From the IMG/VR virus record IMGVR_UViG_3300021961_000137, positions 1 through 53,280 of that record: a DNA stretch of 53,280 nucleotides; one strand, 5' to 3'. Positions 1 to 9,607 of this stretch are shown here, one piece after another; positions within the stretch are counted from its first letter, which is position 1; each line of letters starts with the position of its first letter. The notes under the pieces are model-generated. The model saw only the letters and a program-made list of their open reading frames with translations. It was not told the DNA's origin and did no database searches. The position numbers and the translations under genes were made by a program. The stretch is from a virus (Duplodnaviria > Caudoviricetes).

Positions 1-29
1 TCCGTTTACCTTTAGTTATAAACTATATT

Positions 30-37
30 TATTTATA
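30..37 (-). promoter_or_regulatory. T4-type late promoter TATAAATA for the gene beyond the window edge (gp22 expected)
   Basis: Exact consensus just after the gp21 stop. Confidence 0.75.
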
Positions 38-47
38 ATTAAATAAA

Positions 48-698
48 TTACAATGAGTTTAAAAACTCATTAAATAAACTCAACTTATACTCTTCAAGTA
101 GTTTTTCATCTACAAGAGTATTGATTCTTTTCTGAGTTTGCTCTGCAAATCTTTCGCGGAGCATACCACCATCCCATACCCACTCTTTACCTTCCATAAT
201 TCCCTGAACAAAAGCATCGGGTGCAGAAGGATCAGCAACGATATCGGCAGCTGTTGCAAGCATAAAGTCTTCACCAACTTCAGTGTAACCTTCATTGTTT
301 GGTTTTACTGAACCAATACCACGAGAAGAAACGCCGAGAGTTACTCCCTCTTTGAGAAGTGACTCTGCAATCTTTCCCATTGGTGTGGATAGAATCTGTG
401 CTTTACCAATGAAATTGTTTCCTTTCTGCTCAAGTGAAACAATCTTATGAGAAACTCTATCAAGGTTTACAGTTGGGCCATCTGGATGTCCAAGTTCTCC
501 AAGAGCACGACCTTTACGGACATAGTTTTCAGTGTAACGCTTTACCTCTCTTTCCATAACAGGTAAGCGATACATTCTACCATTACGGTTTACAACTTCA
601 GTCTGAAGGAAAGGTCCTTGAATATAAAGAGTCTTCTTACCGTTGACCGTTTCGGTAAGAACTTCTACTGATTCGATTTCTTCTGTAATGAGTTTCAT
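48..698 (-). CDS. gp21: Prohead core protease (T4 gp21-like)
   Basis: MKLITEE start; NRNGRMY, ALGELGHP and GVSSRGIGS motifs of T4-type gp21; downstream of the portal gene. Confidence 0.95.
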   Translation of the reverse strand: MKLITEEIESVEVLTETVNGKKTLYIQGPFLQTEVVNRNGRMYRLPVMEREVKRYTENYVRKGRALGELGHPDGPTVNLDRVSHKIVSLEQKGNNFIGKAQILSTPMGKIAESLLKEGVTLGVSSRGIGSVKPNNEGYTEVGEDFMLATAADIVADPSAPDAFVQGIMEGKEWVWDGGMLRERFAEQTQKRINTLVDEKLLEEYKLSLFNEFLNSL

Positions 699-1249
699 TA
701 TGCTTGTCCTGTGATTTGTACTTGTTGGAAATAGAGTGTTCCTGAACCGACTCCGTAAGCAGAGATCTTATTTGAAACAACAACTGATGCGTCTGCTGCA
801 GAGAATGCTGTTACAATTCCACTTGAATTGTAATTTACAGTCATTCTTGTTTGGAAATACCCATCAACACCTGCAGTATTATCAATTGATAAAACTTGTT
901 GATGAGTAAAGTTGTAGTATGATTGACCAGTAGCAGTTAGAGTTACATAATCACCAACTGCAAATGGAACTTGAGTTCCTTCTGGAACAGTAACGATGGT
1001 AGTAGTTCCAGTTGTTACTCCAACAACTCTATTTGATGCTTTAGTTAATCCTAAGGTTACAGTGTCTCCTGAAGCAACGTAATAATCAGTATTAGTTGCT
1101 GTGGGATTACCACCAATTGCAACGTGAGCGGCACCACCAACAGCAACCACTCTCAAAACACTAGATTGTACTGAAAAAGCAGATGATGTTGTCGCAGCAC
1201 CTGCAGTAAATGTAAATGAGGAACCTGCCCCAACTGGTCTATGAGCCAT
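698..1249 (-). CDS. Hypothetical virion-associated beta-rich protein
   Basis: 183-aa T/S/G/V-rich ORF; stop overlaps the gp21 start; AATAAATA late-promoter variant just upstream. Confidence 0.7.
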   Translation of the reverse strand: MAHRPVGAGSSFTFTAGAATTSSAFSVQSSVLRVVAVGGAAHVAIGGNPTATNTDYYVASGDTVTLGLTKASNRVVGVTTGTTTIVTVPEGTQVPFAVGDYVTLTATGQSYYNFTHQQVLSIDNTAGVDGYFQTRMTVNYNSSGIVTAFSAADASVVVSNKISAYGVGSGTLYFQQVQITGQA

Positions 1250-1302
1250 TATTTTTATAGTACACTTTTAGTTATTTATTATTTAATCAAATTAAGATAA
1301 AA

Positions 1303-2577
1303 TTACCTTTGTTCCAACCAGTTCATAATCGCAAGTGCTGCTTTGTTAGCGTTAGGTGAGGCACATACAAGAGTGTAAATATCACTAATTGTTCCAATAC
1401 CACTTCTACCAACTTGTAGTTGTGCTTTATCGTCAATGACTACCTGACTTCCACCACCACCAACAACAAATCCACTTAAAAGAACTCTTCCACCAGTGAA
1501 AGAAGTTGCAGTTGTATCATATTGAGTAATTGCATCTGGGTTTGCGTGATCAGTAAATGCTGCACCGACTAGAGTTGGGTTCTCAACTAGTCTCCAGAAG
1601 ATGTTAGTATTATCATTAGTAGATACTTGAAGTGACCTTGGAATTACAACACCACTCAACATATTTGATTTAAGACGAATACTAAGAACTGGATAATAAG
1701 TATTCGCAACAGTCATTGTAGTTCCACTAAGGGCATTACCCTGACTGACGAGAGTTCCAAGTTTTTCTGGTTCTCCTTCCTGAATGAGAGAATTAGAACC
1801 TTGATATAAGTAATGAGTTCCTGCAACACCAGTTACATTTTCTATTTCTACTCTAATCGGTAAGAATGGAGTGGAACACCAAACGTTATTATTTGTATTT
1901 GCGTTATCAAAAGTATGACTATGAATTGTTTCATTCTTCATCAACCAATTGAACTGAACAATTCCAGCACCATACCATTCATAGTTAATTGAAATCATTT
2001 GTTGTTTTGTTGGGTCTGCAACAACTCCTGTATATCCATCACCACCAAACTTTTCACCATTCCAATTATCTCTGGTTACTCTAGTTTCTGTAGTAATTCC
2101 AGATGTGCTACTGCGAATTACATATGAATATGTTCCCCCATCATCCTCAAAGTATGCACCATTATATTCATCAAACAATCCAAATCTTCTCCGAACACCT
2201 ACTTTTGGTGCTTCTAAACGAATAGCAAATGCAAGAGTTGCACCTCTACCAGGAATGTATCTCATTACAGTCCTAGTTTGACGGATAACTTTACTTCCTG
2301 CAGTAGAACCAACTTGTAATACAACATTACTGAATGATGCGTTATGAGTTGCAGTCCCAACTCCAACTATTCTCTCATCCCATACATCACTCTCTTTTCC
2401 GTACTGAAAAGTATTGAAGAAAACTGTTTGGAATGGAGCAACTTTAAGTCTATTGTTATTAGAAAACTGAGGTCTCCAGTCCGTCTGGTTTCCCCAGTGA
2501 TCTGCAATATTAAAAACCTCAAAGAGACTTCTCTCTTGATTAAGGAAATCTTGTGTAGTTTTATTCCACTGAGCCAT
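1303..2577 (-). CDS. Hypothetical structural protein (beta-sandwich/lectin-like composition)
   Basis: 424-aa ORF in the head cluster, 3 nt from the upstream ORF; no catalytic motif recognised. Confidence 0.65.
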   Translation of the reverse strand: MAQWNKTTQDFLNQERSLFEVFNIADHWGNQTDWRPQFSNNNRLKVAPFQTVFFNTFQYGKESDVWDERIVGVGTATHNASFSNVVLQVGSTAGSKVIRQTRTVMRYIPGRGATLAFAIRLEAPKVGVRRRFGLFDEYNGAYFEDDGGTYSYVIRSSTSGITTETRVTRDNWNGEKFGGDGYTGVVADPTKQQMISINYEWYGAGIVQFNWLMKNETIHSHTFDNANTNNNVWCSTPFLPIRVEIENVTGVAGTHYLYQGSNSLIQEGEPEKLGTLVSQGNALSGTTMTVANTYYPVLSIRLKSNMLSGVVIPRSLQVSTNDNTNIFWRLVENPTLVGAAFTDHANPDAITQYDTTATSFTGGRVLLSGFVVGGGGSQVVIDDKAQLQVGRSGIGTISDIYTLVCASPNANKAALAIMNWLEQR

Positions 2578-2580
2578 TTA

Positions 2581-2901
2581 TCAATCAATCCATTCTAATT
2601 TTGATGGGTGATATCGTCTTGCGTTTTTAATGTTTAAATTTTTTTCTTCTGTCGGATAGATTTGTTGAACTACTGCCCCTGGATAATTACTTTGCAGTTG
2701 CTCTCCCAAATCTCTTTTGGATGGAATTCCAGTTCTAGTGGTTAATTCCATTCTATAGAGACTTCCGTTCCACAGTACATCCGCAACATATTCTTCCCCG
2801 ACCTGCTGTTGCTCTGGTTGAGAAGAATTAATATAAAGATTTCCGTTAAAATCTCCAGAAATATTTACAGACTCTGAGATGAACTGTTTGAAGGATTTCA
2901 T
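2581..2901 (-). CDS. Hypothetical protein with T4-like capsid-targeting leader (candidate internal head protein)
   Basis: Starts MKSFKQFISE, resembling T4 IPIII MKTYQEFIAE; ATGA overlap with the upstream small ORF. Confidence 0.7.
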   Translation of the reverse strand: MKSFKQFISESVNISGDFNGNLYINSSQPEQQQVGEEYVADVLWNGSLYRMELTTRTGIPSKRDLGEQLQSNYPGAVVQQIYPTEEKNLNIKNARRYHPSKLEWID

Positions 2902-3059
2902 TCTTCCTCTTCTGTTTCGCTATTGAACATTGCGTTTGCTACAGCAGGTCTAAAATCATCAACTTTTTCTGCTGCTTTTGCAAATAAAAGGTCTTTGATT
3001 TTATCACTAATCTGTGAAGGTGATTCGTCAGTAGCAATCATATCCAGTAAATCATCCAT
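2898..3059 (-). CDS. Small acidic prohead core protein (gp67-like by position and composition), 53 aa; not in the ORF track
   Basis: Manual translation MDDLLDMIATDESPSQISDKIKDLLFAKAAEKVDDFRPAVANAMFNSETEEEE; directly after the portal gene; TATAAATA at 3088-3095. Confidence 0.75.
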   Translation of the reverse strand: MDDLLDMIATDESPSQISDKIKDLLFAKAAEKVDDFRPAVANAMFNSETEEEE

Positions 3060-3087
3060 TGTTAAAATTCCAATTAATAATCGTTTT

Positions 3088-3095
3088 TATTTATA
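3088..3095 (-). promoter_or_regulatory. T4-type late promoter TATAAATA
   Basis: Exact consensus about 30 nt upstream of the 3059 ATG. Confidence 0.8.
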
Positions 3096-4779
3096 TCTCA
3101 CCACCCTTGGGCATTTCTGCTGCTTTTGCATTGACTTCAGTTGTTTTTTCTTGAGATCTTAAATCTGGTTCCATGACTGGTTGCCCAAGATCCATTTGTG
3201 AAGTTTGATCTAATGGAAGTCCTGTTTGTGGATCAACTGGTTGATTTGGATCTGGAATTAAACCTTCTTCAATTTCTTTTTTGATAAGAGCATCCTGCTC
3301 TAAAATTTCAACATCAGTTTGACGAAGAACCTTTCTTCTTATATAATCTTGTGAGAAATACTTTCCAACATAAGGTTCTGCAACTTGAACCATGTTTAAT
3401 CTTTCATTAAGCAACTCAGCATCCTTAAGTTCTGCAAAGTGATTATCGTATAGGAAGTCATATTGAATGTGCTCATCCATTTTACTCCAATCCTCTGGAG
3501 TAATAATATTTTTAAGAATAAGTTGAGTTCTCAGCATGTCACTGAACATATAAGAGAATCTCTTTCTCAAACGAGCAACAAACTTGCTAAACTTAACTTC
3601 ATCACGAAGAATCTCTGATGAACGACCAAGATTAAATCCACCTTCACCATCCATTCTTGATGGTGGAACATTTAGTGAACGATAAAGTTTCTTCTTGAAA
3701 TATTCAATATCTGTAATTTCTCCAAGATTCTGACCACCGGGAAGTGTAGAGATTTCAGTTCCTCTACCACCTTCTCTTCTAGGAAGCCAGAAGTCTTCAA
3801 GCATCGCCATAAATTTCTTATCATCACGAATTTCCCCAGTGCTTGCATCATAAACTTGCTTATTGCGATATCTCATCATCACATCTCTGAGATATTGTTC
3901 TGCTTTAACCTTAGGAAGATTGCCTACATCAATGTAGAAAATTCTTCTTTCAGGAGCACGAGAAAGACGATAGATAACCAAAGAGTCCTCAATCATACGA
4001 AGTTGATTGAGTGATTTGATTGCTTTGTGGAGATATGAAAGAGTTGATCCCTTATTTCTGTCTACAAGACCGGATGTACAATAAGTAATCGAATCTTTAG
4101 TCATTCTTACACCAGAATTTGACCCACCTAATGTTCCAGGAGCTGGAGTTCCTGTTGGATAAGTCATTTTTGGTTCATATATGAAATATTCATCTATTTT
4201 TGGAAAATCATAATCCATTGGATTATCAATATTCCTATTTGAAATTCTATATTTATTATCTTCCTTTTTAATTGCTTGTCTAACATAACGCATTTTCATT
4301 GCGTCAATGTATCTCAATTCTTGTATACCTGCTTCTGGATTCTTAAGGTCTACAACTTTGTGATAGTAAAGTCTTCCATCAATATACCAATTTCTATAGA
4401 TTTCATGAGATTTTTTATCAAAATCTAAAAGTTCTAAAATATATTTAAATTCTTGTCTAATTTTCTTTTTAATACCATCACTTGCGTTTAGATTATCTAG
4501 ATCAATTTGAACAGGACTATCATTAGTATCTGATACAATTGCTTCATTTACAATGTCTTCAATAGCACTATCACATTCTGGATGAAGCGCCATTTCACGA
4601 TATCTTTTAATAAGATCAAATTCTGTCCTATATACGCCTTCAATATCTACATATGAACCAAAAAAACCACTACTCAGGTAATGATCAACCCCGTCCTCCT
4701 TATTTGGAGGAACGGGGGAAACAACACCGGGAGATAATGGTTCGTTATCTTCAATCGAAAAACCAAAAAGTTTCGCCAT
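3091..4779 (-). CDS. gp20: Portal vertex protein
   Basis: IYRLSRAPERRIFYIDVGNLPK, EDFWLPRREGGRGTEI and LPGGQNLGEI motifs of T4-type portal. Confidence 0.97.
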   Translation of the reverse strand: MAKLFGFSIEDNEPLSPGVVSPVPPNKEDGVDHYLSSGFFGSYVDIEGVYRTEFDLIKRYREMALHPECDSAIEDIVNEAIVSDTNDSPVQIDLDNLNASDGIKKKIRQEFKYILELLDFDKKSHEIYRNWYIDGRLYYHKVVDLKNPEAGIQELRYIDAMKMRYVRQAIKKEDNKYRISNRNIDNPMDYDFPKIDEYFIYEPKMTYPTGTPAPGTLGGSNSGVRMTKDSITYCTSGLVDRNKGSTLSYLHKAIKSLNQLRMIEDSLVIYRLSRAPERRIFYIDVGNLPKVKAEQYLRDVMMRYRNKQVYDASTGEIRDDKKFMAMLEDFWLPRREGGRGTEISTLPGGQNLGEITDIEYFKKKLYRSLNVPPSRMDGEGGFNLGRSSEILRDEVKFSKFVARLRKRFSYMFSDMLRTQLILKNIITPEDWSKMDEHIQYDFLYDNHFAELKDAELLNERLNMVQVAEPYVGKYFSQDYIRRKVLRQTDVEILEQDALIKKEIEEGLIPDPNQPVDPQTGLPLDQTSQMDLGQPVMEPDLRSQEKTTEVNAKAAEMPKGGEI

Positions 4780-4815
4780 AATTTATTTTTTTAACTTCGT
4801 TCTTTTGTCTATTTA

Positions 4816-5382
4816 TTATGCTTCTTCGGTTGAAGGTGTCCAGTATTGAACTTGGAATTCAACGGTAAACTCTTCAATAGCATCTGAACTATCATAAGAT
4901 AGATCGATTGCAGAAATATTAGTTGGGAAGATATCATAAAACTTATAAGTTGCTGCAACTTGCAAACCAGAACCGAATGGGGTATTTTTGCCTACATTAC
5001 TCTTTGATCTCTTAAATTGCTTCACAAAAGCATTGACCATATAGTTTGCTGGGTTTGAAAAACCACTAGCATCACCATACTGTCCAATGGATTGCATCCA
5101 TCTTTCCATTGCTTCACGAATTTCAAACTTTTCATCGTTGATGATAGTTACAGTCCATGTATCAAAGGTGCGGTCGCCCGCAACTTTGAAAATTCTTCCT
5201 CTAAAAGGAACATCGATAGAACCAATGTTTGATGCAGGCAGTGCAGCTGCTTTGCACAGAATTGGAAAATTATTAGTTAAATTTACTCCAGAAGGTGGAG
5301 TTGGGATGGTTACCTCAAATAGATTGGGGCGTGCGCCGCCTCCAATAAGTGCTGATTTGAAGTCCTGAATAGAGTTTGCCAT
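4816..5382 (-). CDS. gp19: Tail tube protein
   Basis: GGARPNLFEV, AGDRTFDTWTVT and IEEFTVEFQVQYW motifs; between sheath and portal genes. Confidence 0.95.
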   Translation of the reverse strand: MANSIQDFKSALIGGGARPNLFEVTIPTPPSGVNLTNNFPILCKAAALPASNIGSIDVPFRGRIFKVAGDRTFDTWTVTIINDEKFEIREAMERWMQSIGQYGDASGFSNPANYMVNAFVKQFKRSKSNVGKNTPFGSGLQVAATYKFYDIFPTNISAIDLSYDSSDAIEEFTVEFQVQYWTPSTEEA

Positions 5383-5417
5383 TTTTTAGTTCCTCCTTGT
5401 TTTTGTTTTAATTAAAA

Positions 5418-7616
5418 TCAAACAGTACCAGCAACTTCTTCAAAACTTACTCCAGTTCTAGTAGCAACGAAAGTAAGGGTTACATAGTTAATTGATTTAG
5501 CAGGTTTCAGATAAATGTCAGCTCTAAATTCATTATTATCAATAACGTCTGGAGTGTTATTTGATGCGTCACAAACAACTAAGAATCCATAAAGACCGCG
5601 TTTTGCTTGAACATCACGGAGGTATGGTTCAACGATGTTTCTGAAGTTTGCTCTTGTGATTTCGTCATTGAGTTCAAAGAGTTGTGCCTGAGCAGATCTT
5701 TGAAGTGCTTGCTCAACCGTTAGGAACAGGCGACGAACATTGATTCTATCAAATGCAGATGCATAACCTAGTGCAGTTTTATCTCCAAAGAGTAGAATTC
5801 CAATTCCAGGTTGACTGATAATTGAATTAACTCTTTGTGGATAAAGTTGATCTCTTTGCGCTTTATTTGGATTGTATGCAAGTTTAATTGCATTATTGAT
5901 AATTCCACGCTGTTGTCCGGCGGGAGAGAACCATGGATATGCAAGAATACTTGTTCTGACCATCAGACCAGCAACATCAGGGTTGCATGGAATGTAGCGG
6001 AACTTATTATTAAATCTGTCATAAGTGTACTTATAACCAGAATCAAATACTGCGTATGATGAAGAAGAAAGTGGTGAGAAGAACTCTAAAACATTATCTG
6101 TTTGAGTGTCTGAATTTGTAATATCAACAACATCTGCGCGATGTGGAGAGATTACAGCAACGCAATCTTTTCTAGTGTTTGCAATAGAAATTAAGTGATT
6201 TGCTTTTGCCTGAGATTCAAACTTGTTAGGCATTCCTGGACCCATAATTAAATAATCTACTTCAACTTCATCTTTGTTTAAGAATAAGTTGTATCCAGTG
6301 AACAGATCACCTAAAGTTGCAGACATTCCATTGGCATCCGAATAGTCTGTACCACCACTTAAATTATAAGTTACGTTACCAAGTGCGCTAAAGGTCTTGT
6401 CTTGCACATCTCTGTTCCATAGACCCTCTGAGTTATTGTACTCAACAAATGCTGTTGAGAACCCTGTCGCAACTATTGGTTCATTTACATTCAATTCGTC
6501 GGAAGGATTATCGCCAACATAAACATAATTTGAATATACTGCTAGATAATTTTTCCACCAAATCTTTTGAGGAGAATTAATTGCAGAAACTGCATCAGTT
6601 GCTTTTGAAAGACCTAAATGCTTTTCAAGAAGATTGCCCTGAATTCCAGTAACAGTTCCAGTATCATCAACGATTACAACATGAATTTCATCACTCTTTC
6701 CATTTCTGTTTATTGCATACTGAGAAGTGCCTGGTTTTGGTGCAATTGAATTCCAGTAAATTGCAGTGTTGGAAAGTGATAGAGTTTGCTGATCATACCA
6801 ATCTAATACTGGATTTGTTCCCGTATTGATTGTTGCTGATGTTGTAGCAATTCCTGCGCTAGTTACTAAATCTACAGTTAGATTACCACCACCAGTTGCT
6901 GCTCTAAATGATCTTAACTGGGATTTTGGTGCATATGTTACTTTTGTTTCTACACCAGCAGAAGAAACAACAGAAGTAACTTTTACTTCGACGGAACTTG
7001 AACCAACACCAGTAATAATACCCTTTAGATAACCGTTGAATAGTGAGGTTGTGCCCACTCCTGCTGAAGGAACATTAGTTAGTGTTGTTGTTACTGCCAT
7101 ACCAACACTTGCTTGGTTGGCAAAAGTAGTTCCTACTCTTAAAATTTGATCTGCTTTATCGTCAATTACACAAACTTTTAAATTGTTTGCCCAAGATCCT
7201 GGGTTCTTTGCTACGAAAATGTAATTAGCAATGTCATCGGCATAGTTTGCTTCATAATCATCAAAGTTTTTGATTTTTAGTGTTGGTTCACCTGCAGTAG
7301 AAACACCTGCAGAGTTACGAATTGCATTGGCGTTTACCAAACCGGCACCATCTACTCTTGCAACCTTTAAAACACCACCATATGATAGGAAAGAGGAACA
7401 ACTCATCCAATACTCATATTGAGCATCTGTTGAAAGTGGTTTTCCAAAAACTTTAATTAGTTCATTTTCTGTGGTAATATCAATTGCTTCTTCAACTGGA
7501 CCAAGTGCAAAAGGACCTGCAATTGCTCCAATGTTATCTAATACATTATCAGCTCTCCCTACAGTTAAATCAACCTCTCTGACTAGTACACCAGGAGATA
7601 ATTGAGGAGTCGCCAT
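5418..7616 (-). CDS. gp18: Tail sheath protein
   Basis: SPGVLVREVDLT N-terminus; PWFSPAG and FDRINVRRLF motifs. Confidence 0.97.
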   Translation of the reverse strand: MATPQLSPGVLVREVDLTVGRADNVLDNIGAIAGPFALGPVEEAIDITTENELIKVFGKPLSTDAQYEYWMSCSSFLSYGGVLKVARVDGAGLVNANAIRNSAGVSTAGEPTLKIKNFDDYEANYADDIANYIFVAKNPGSWANNLKVCVIDDKADQILRVGTTFANQASVGMAVTTTLTNVPSAGVGTTSLFNGYLKGIITGVGSSSVEVKVTSVVSSAGVETKVTYAPKSQLRSFRAATGGGNLTVDLVTSAGIATTSATINTGTNPVLDWYDQQTLSLSNTAIYWNSIAPKPGTSQYAINRNGKSDEIHVVIVDDTGTVTGIQGNLLEKHLGLSKATDAVSAINSPQKIWWKNYLAVYSNYVYVGDNPSDELNVNEPIVATGFSTAFVEYNNSEGLWNRDVQDKTFSALGNVTYNLSGGTDYSDANGMSATLGDLFTGYNLFLNKDEVEVDYLIMGPGMPNKFESQAKANHLISIANTRKDCVAVISPHRADVVDITNSDTQTDNVLEFFSPLSSSSYAVFDSGYKYTYDRFNNKFRYIPCNPDVAGLMVRTSILAYPWFSPAGQQRGIINNAIKLAYNPNKAQRDQLYPQRVNSIISQPGIGILLFGDKTALGYASAFDRINVRRLFLTVEQALQRSAQAQLFELNDEITRANFRNIVEPYLRDVQAKRGLYGFLVVCDASNNTPDVIDNNEFRADIYLKPAKSINYVTLTFVATRTGVSFEEVAGTV

Positions 7617-7693
7617 GTTTTTCTCCGTAATCTCAGTTAACTAAAAATATTTATTAAAAACTTACTTTACGTTGAAGGAAACATGACGTGAAC

Positions 7694-7927
7694 TTACCAA
7701 TCCGGATAATGTGGATCCGAATCAGATTTCTTTGTATTTTTTTTACTTTCAATAATTCTCTTTATAGTACAATCTTTACACTCATATGAATATGAAGATG
7801 CAACTGGACCTCTATCTTTTCGTGTTCTATAAAACTCTCCCACTAAGTTTTTCATTTCTCCACACGTTCTACACTTTCTATCTGCTAATAATAAATGACC
7901 TAGTTTTATCTGTTTGTCTAATTCCAT
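7694..7927 (-). CDS. Small CxxC...CxxC zinc-finger protein
   Basis: CRTC...CKDC; the ATG at 7927 (MELDKQ) overlaps the gp17 stop and is more likely than 7945. Confidence 0.65.
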   Translation of the reverse strand: MELDKQIKLGHLLLADRKCRTCGEMKNLVGEFYRTRKDRGPVASSYSYECKDCTIKRIIESKKNTKKSDSDPHYPDW

Positions 7928-9576
7928 TAGGATAAGTATTCCCACATATATGCACGATCTCCATATTCGTCAGTAAACCAACGATCACCCTCATTATCTA
8001 CAAAACTTGCATCATCTAAACCATCAGCAATAAATCCAAAGGGAGACATATCTTGTTCGATTTGATTTTTTTGTTCTTCATATAAACGTTTTCTAACGTC
8101 TTGATCCGTAAGTTCCTTAAAATAGTCTTGAGCAACTAACCAAGCATAAATTACAAGACACATTGCTAAGTCATCATTACAACCTTCTTCTGCCTCAAAA
8201 GAATTATGCTTTTGAATAAAAGTTGTTAACTCACTCATTATTTCATAATCTTTAAAGAGAAGTTTACTCTCTTCAATCATTGTTTTTAAGTTAAGACATC
8301 CTATCTTTTTAACAGTCTTAGACATCTTAACCCCAAGTTGAGTTTTCTTTCCAGAAAATCCTTGCCCAACTATTTGTCCCGCTCTTCCTCTCATAGAACA
8401 CATAAGAAGATTATTATATTCTAAATCATAATGAATGATTGATGCTACCTGATCACCAACATCATTGACTTCGCATAAAATATATGCATTATTATAATTT
8501 TTTGCTACATCTACAACAATGCTTGGAAACAGCATTGGTTTAATTTCATTGTTTCTATATTTTGCAACTACTTGGTGTGGAAATGTTGTGATATCAATTA
8601 CAGTGAATGCTGAATAATCGTTTCCTACGCCCCTAGCAACGTCTACAGTCATCAAGTAATCGTGATTGTCAATAGAGTCCTCATGAACGTCTAGACCACC
8701 GCTGCTGGTCTTTGGATGGTCATATACGAGAGATCTAAGTTTACTTGGTGCAATCAGAGTGTCTACAGATCCAAGAAATTCGCACTCAAACTCAACTTTG
8801 AACTGTTGCTCTGATGTGTTTGCAATCGTTTGCTTTTTCCATTCCTCATCTCTACCAGGAACTTCACTCCAATGAACATCAGTAAATACATATTCGTTCT
8901 TACCTTTCTCGGCATCATGCCACATTCGGTAGAAATGATTCATACCATGTGGAGTAGAAACTATAATAACCTTGGTCTGTTTACCAGAGGTAATCGTAGG
9001 ATAAACAGACGCAAAGAATGAATCTGCAATGTGATTTGGAACGAATGCAAATTCGTCCAAGAATAGAATATTGAATGACATTCCTCGGACAGCAGATGCG
9101 GAGGTGGATGCTGCTAAAATCTTAGAACCATTCTCAAGTTCTAGAGAACCTTTGTTCCAAGAGATAATACCTTGTTGCATCCACTTCGGAAGATTCTCAT
9201 AAGCAGTCTGAAGGCGGTCTAAGAGTTCTCTTGCCGTTGCTGCTTTGTTTGCAAGAATGCCAATATTTACATTATCGTTAAAAACTGCATAGTGTAGGAG
9301 AAAAGATACAACAGTGGTTGATTTGCCAGTTTGTCGTGGCATCTTGCAGATGTTAAATCTGTTATTATGAAAGTTATTGATTAACTTTTCTTGAAAATGA
9401 TATGGTTTAAATGTTTGAAGACCATGATCCAGAGTTACAATCTTTACATAATTATTTGCAAAGTAAACTGGATCATCTTTACACTTAACAAATTCGAGAA
9501 TTTGTTCTTGTGTAAATTCAATTGGAGTATTTGCTTTTTTGAGCAAAGGGTTGCCCAAATAAACATCATTTGACAT
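7927..9576 (-). CDS. gp17: Terminase large subunit
   Basis: Walker A PRQTGKST, Walker B LFLDEFAF, nuclease motifs DVARGVGNDYS and NDDLAM. Confidence 0.97.
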   Translation of the reverse strand: MSNDVYLGNPLLKKANTPIEFTQEQILEFVKCKDDPVYFANNYVKIVTLDHGLQTFKPYHFQEKLINNFHNNRFNICKMPRQTGKSTTVVSFLLHYAVFNDNVNIGILANKAATARELLDRLQTAYENLPKWMQQGIISWNKGSLELENGSKILAASTSASAVRGMSFNILFLDEFAFVPNHIADSFFASVYPTITSGKQTKVIIVSTPHGMNHFYRMWHDAEKGKNEYVFTDVHWSEVPGRDEEWKKQTIANTSEQQFKVEFECEFLGSVDTLIAPSKLRSLVYDHPKTSSGGLDVHEDSIDNHDYLMTVDVARGVGNDYSAFTVIDITTFPHQVVAKYRNNEIKPMLFPSIVVDVAKNYNNAYILCEVNDVGDQVASIIHYDLEYNNLLMCSMRGRAGQIVGQGFSGKKTQLGVKMSKTVKKIGCLNLKTMIEESKLLFKDYEIMSELTTFIQKHNSFEAEEGCNDDLAMCLVIYAWLVAQDYFKELTDQDVRKRLYEEQKNQIEQDMSPFGFIADGLDDASFVDNEGDRWFTDEYGDRAYMWEYLS

Positions 9577-9607
9577 AATGAATTAACCTCTACTTTTTAA
9601 GTATAAA

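Noticed and set aside
3091-9576. Inteins or introns in portal, sheath or terminase genes
   Set aside because: Lengths are typical and no Hint or homing-endonuclease motifs were seen.
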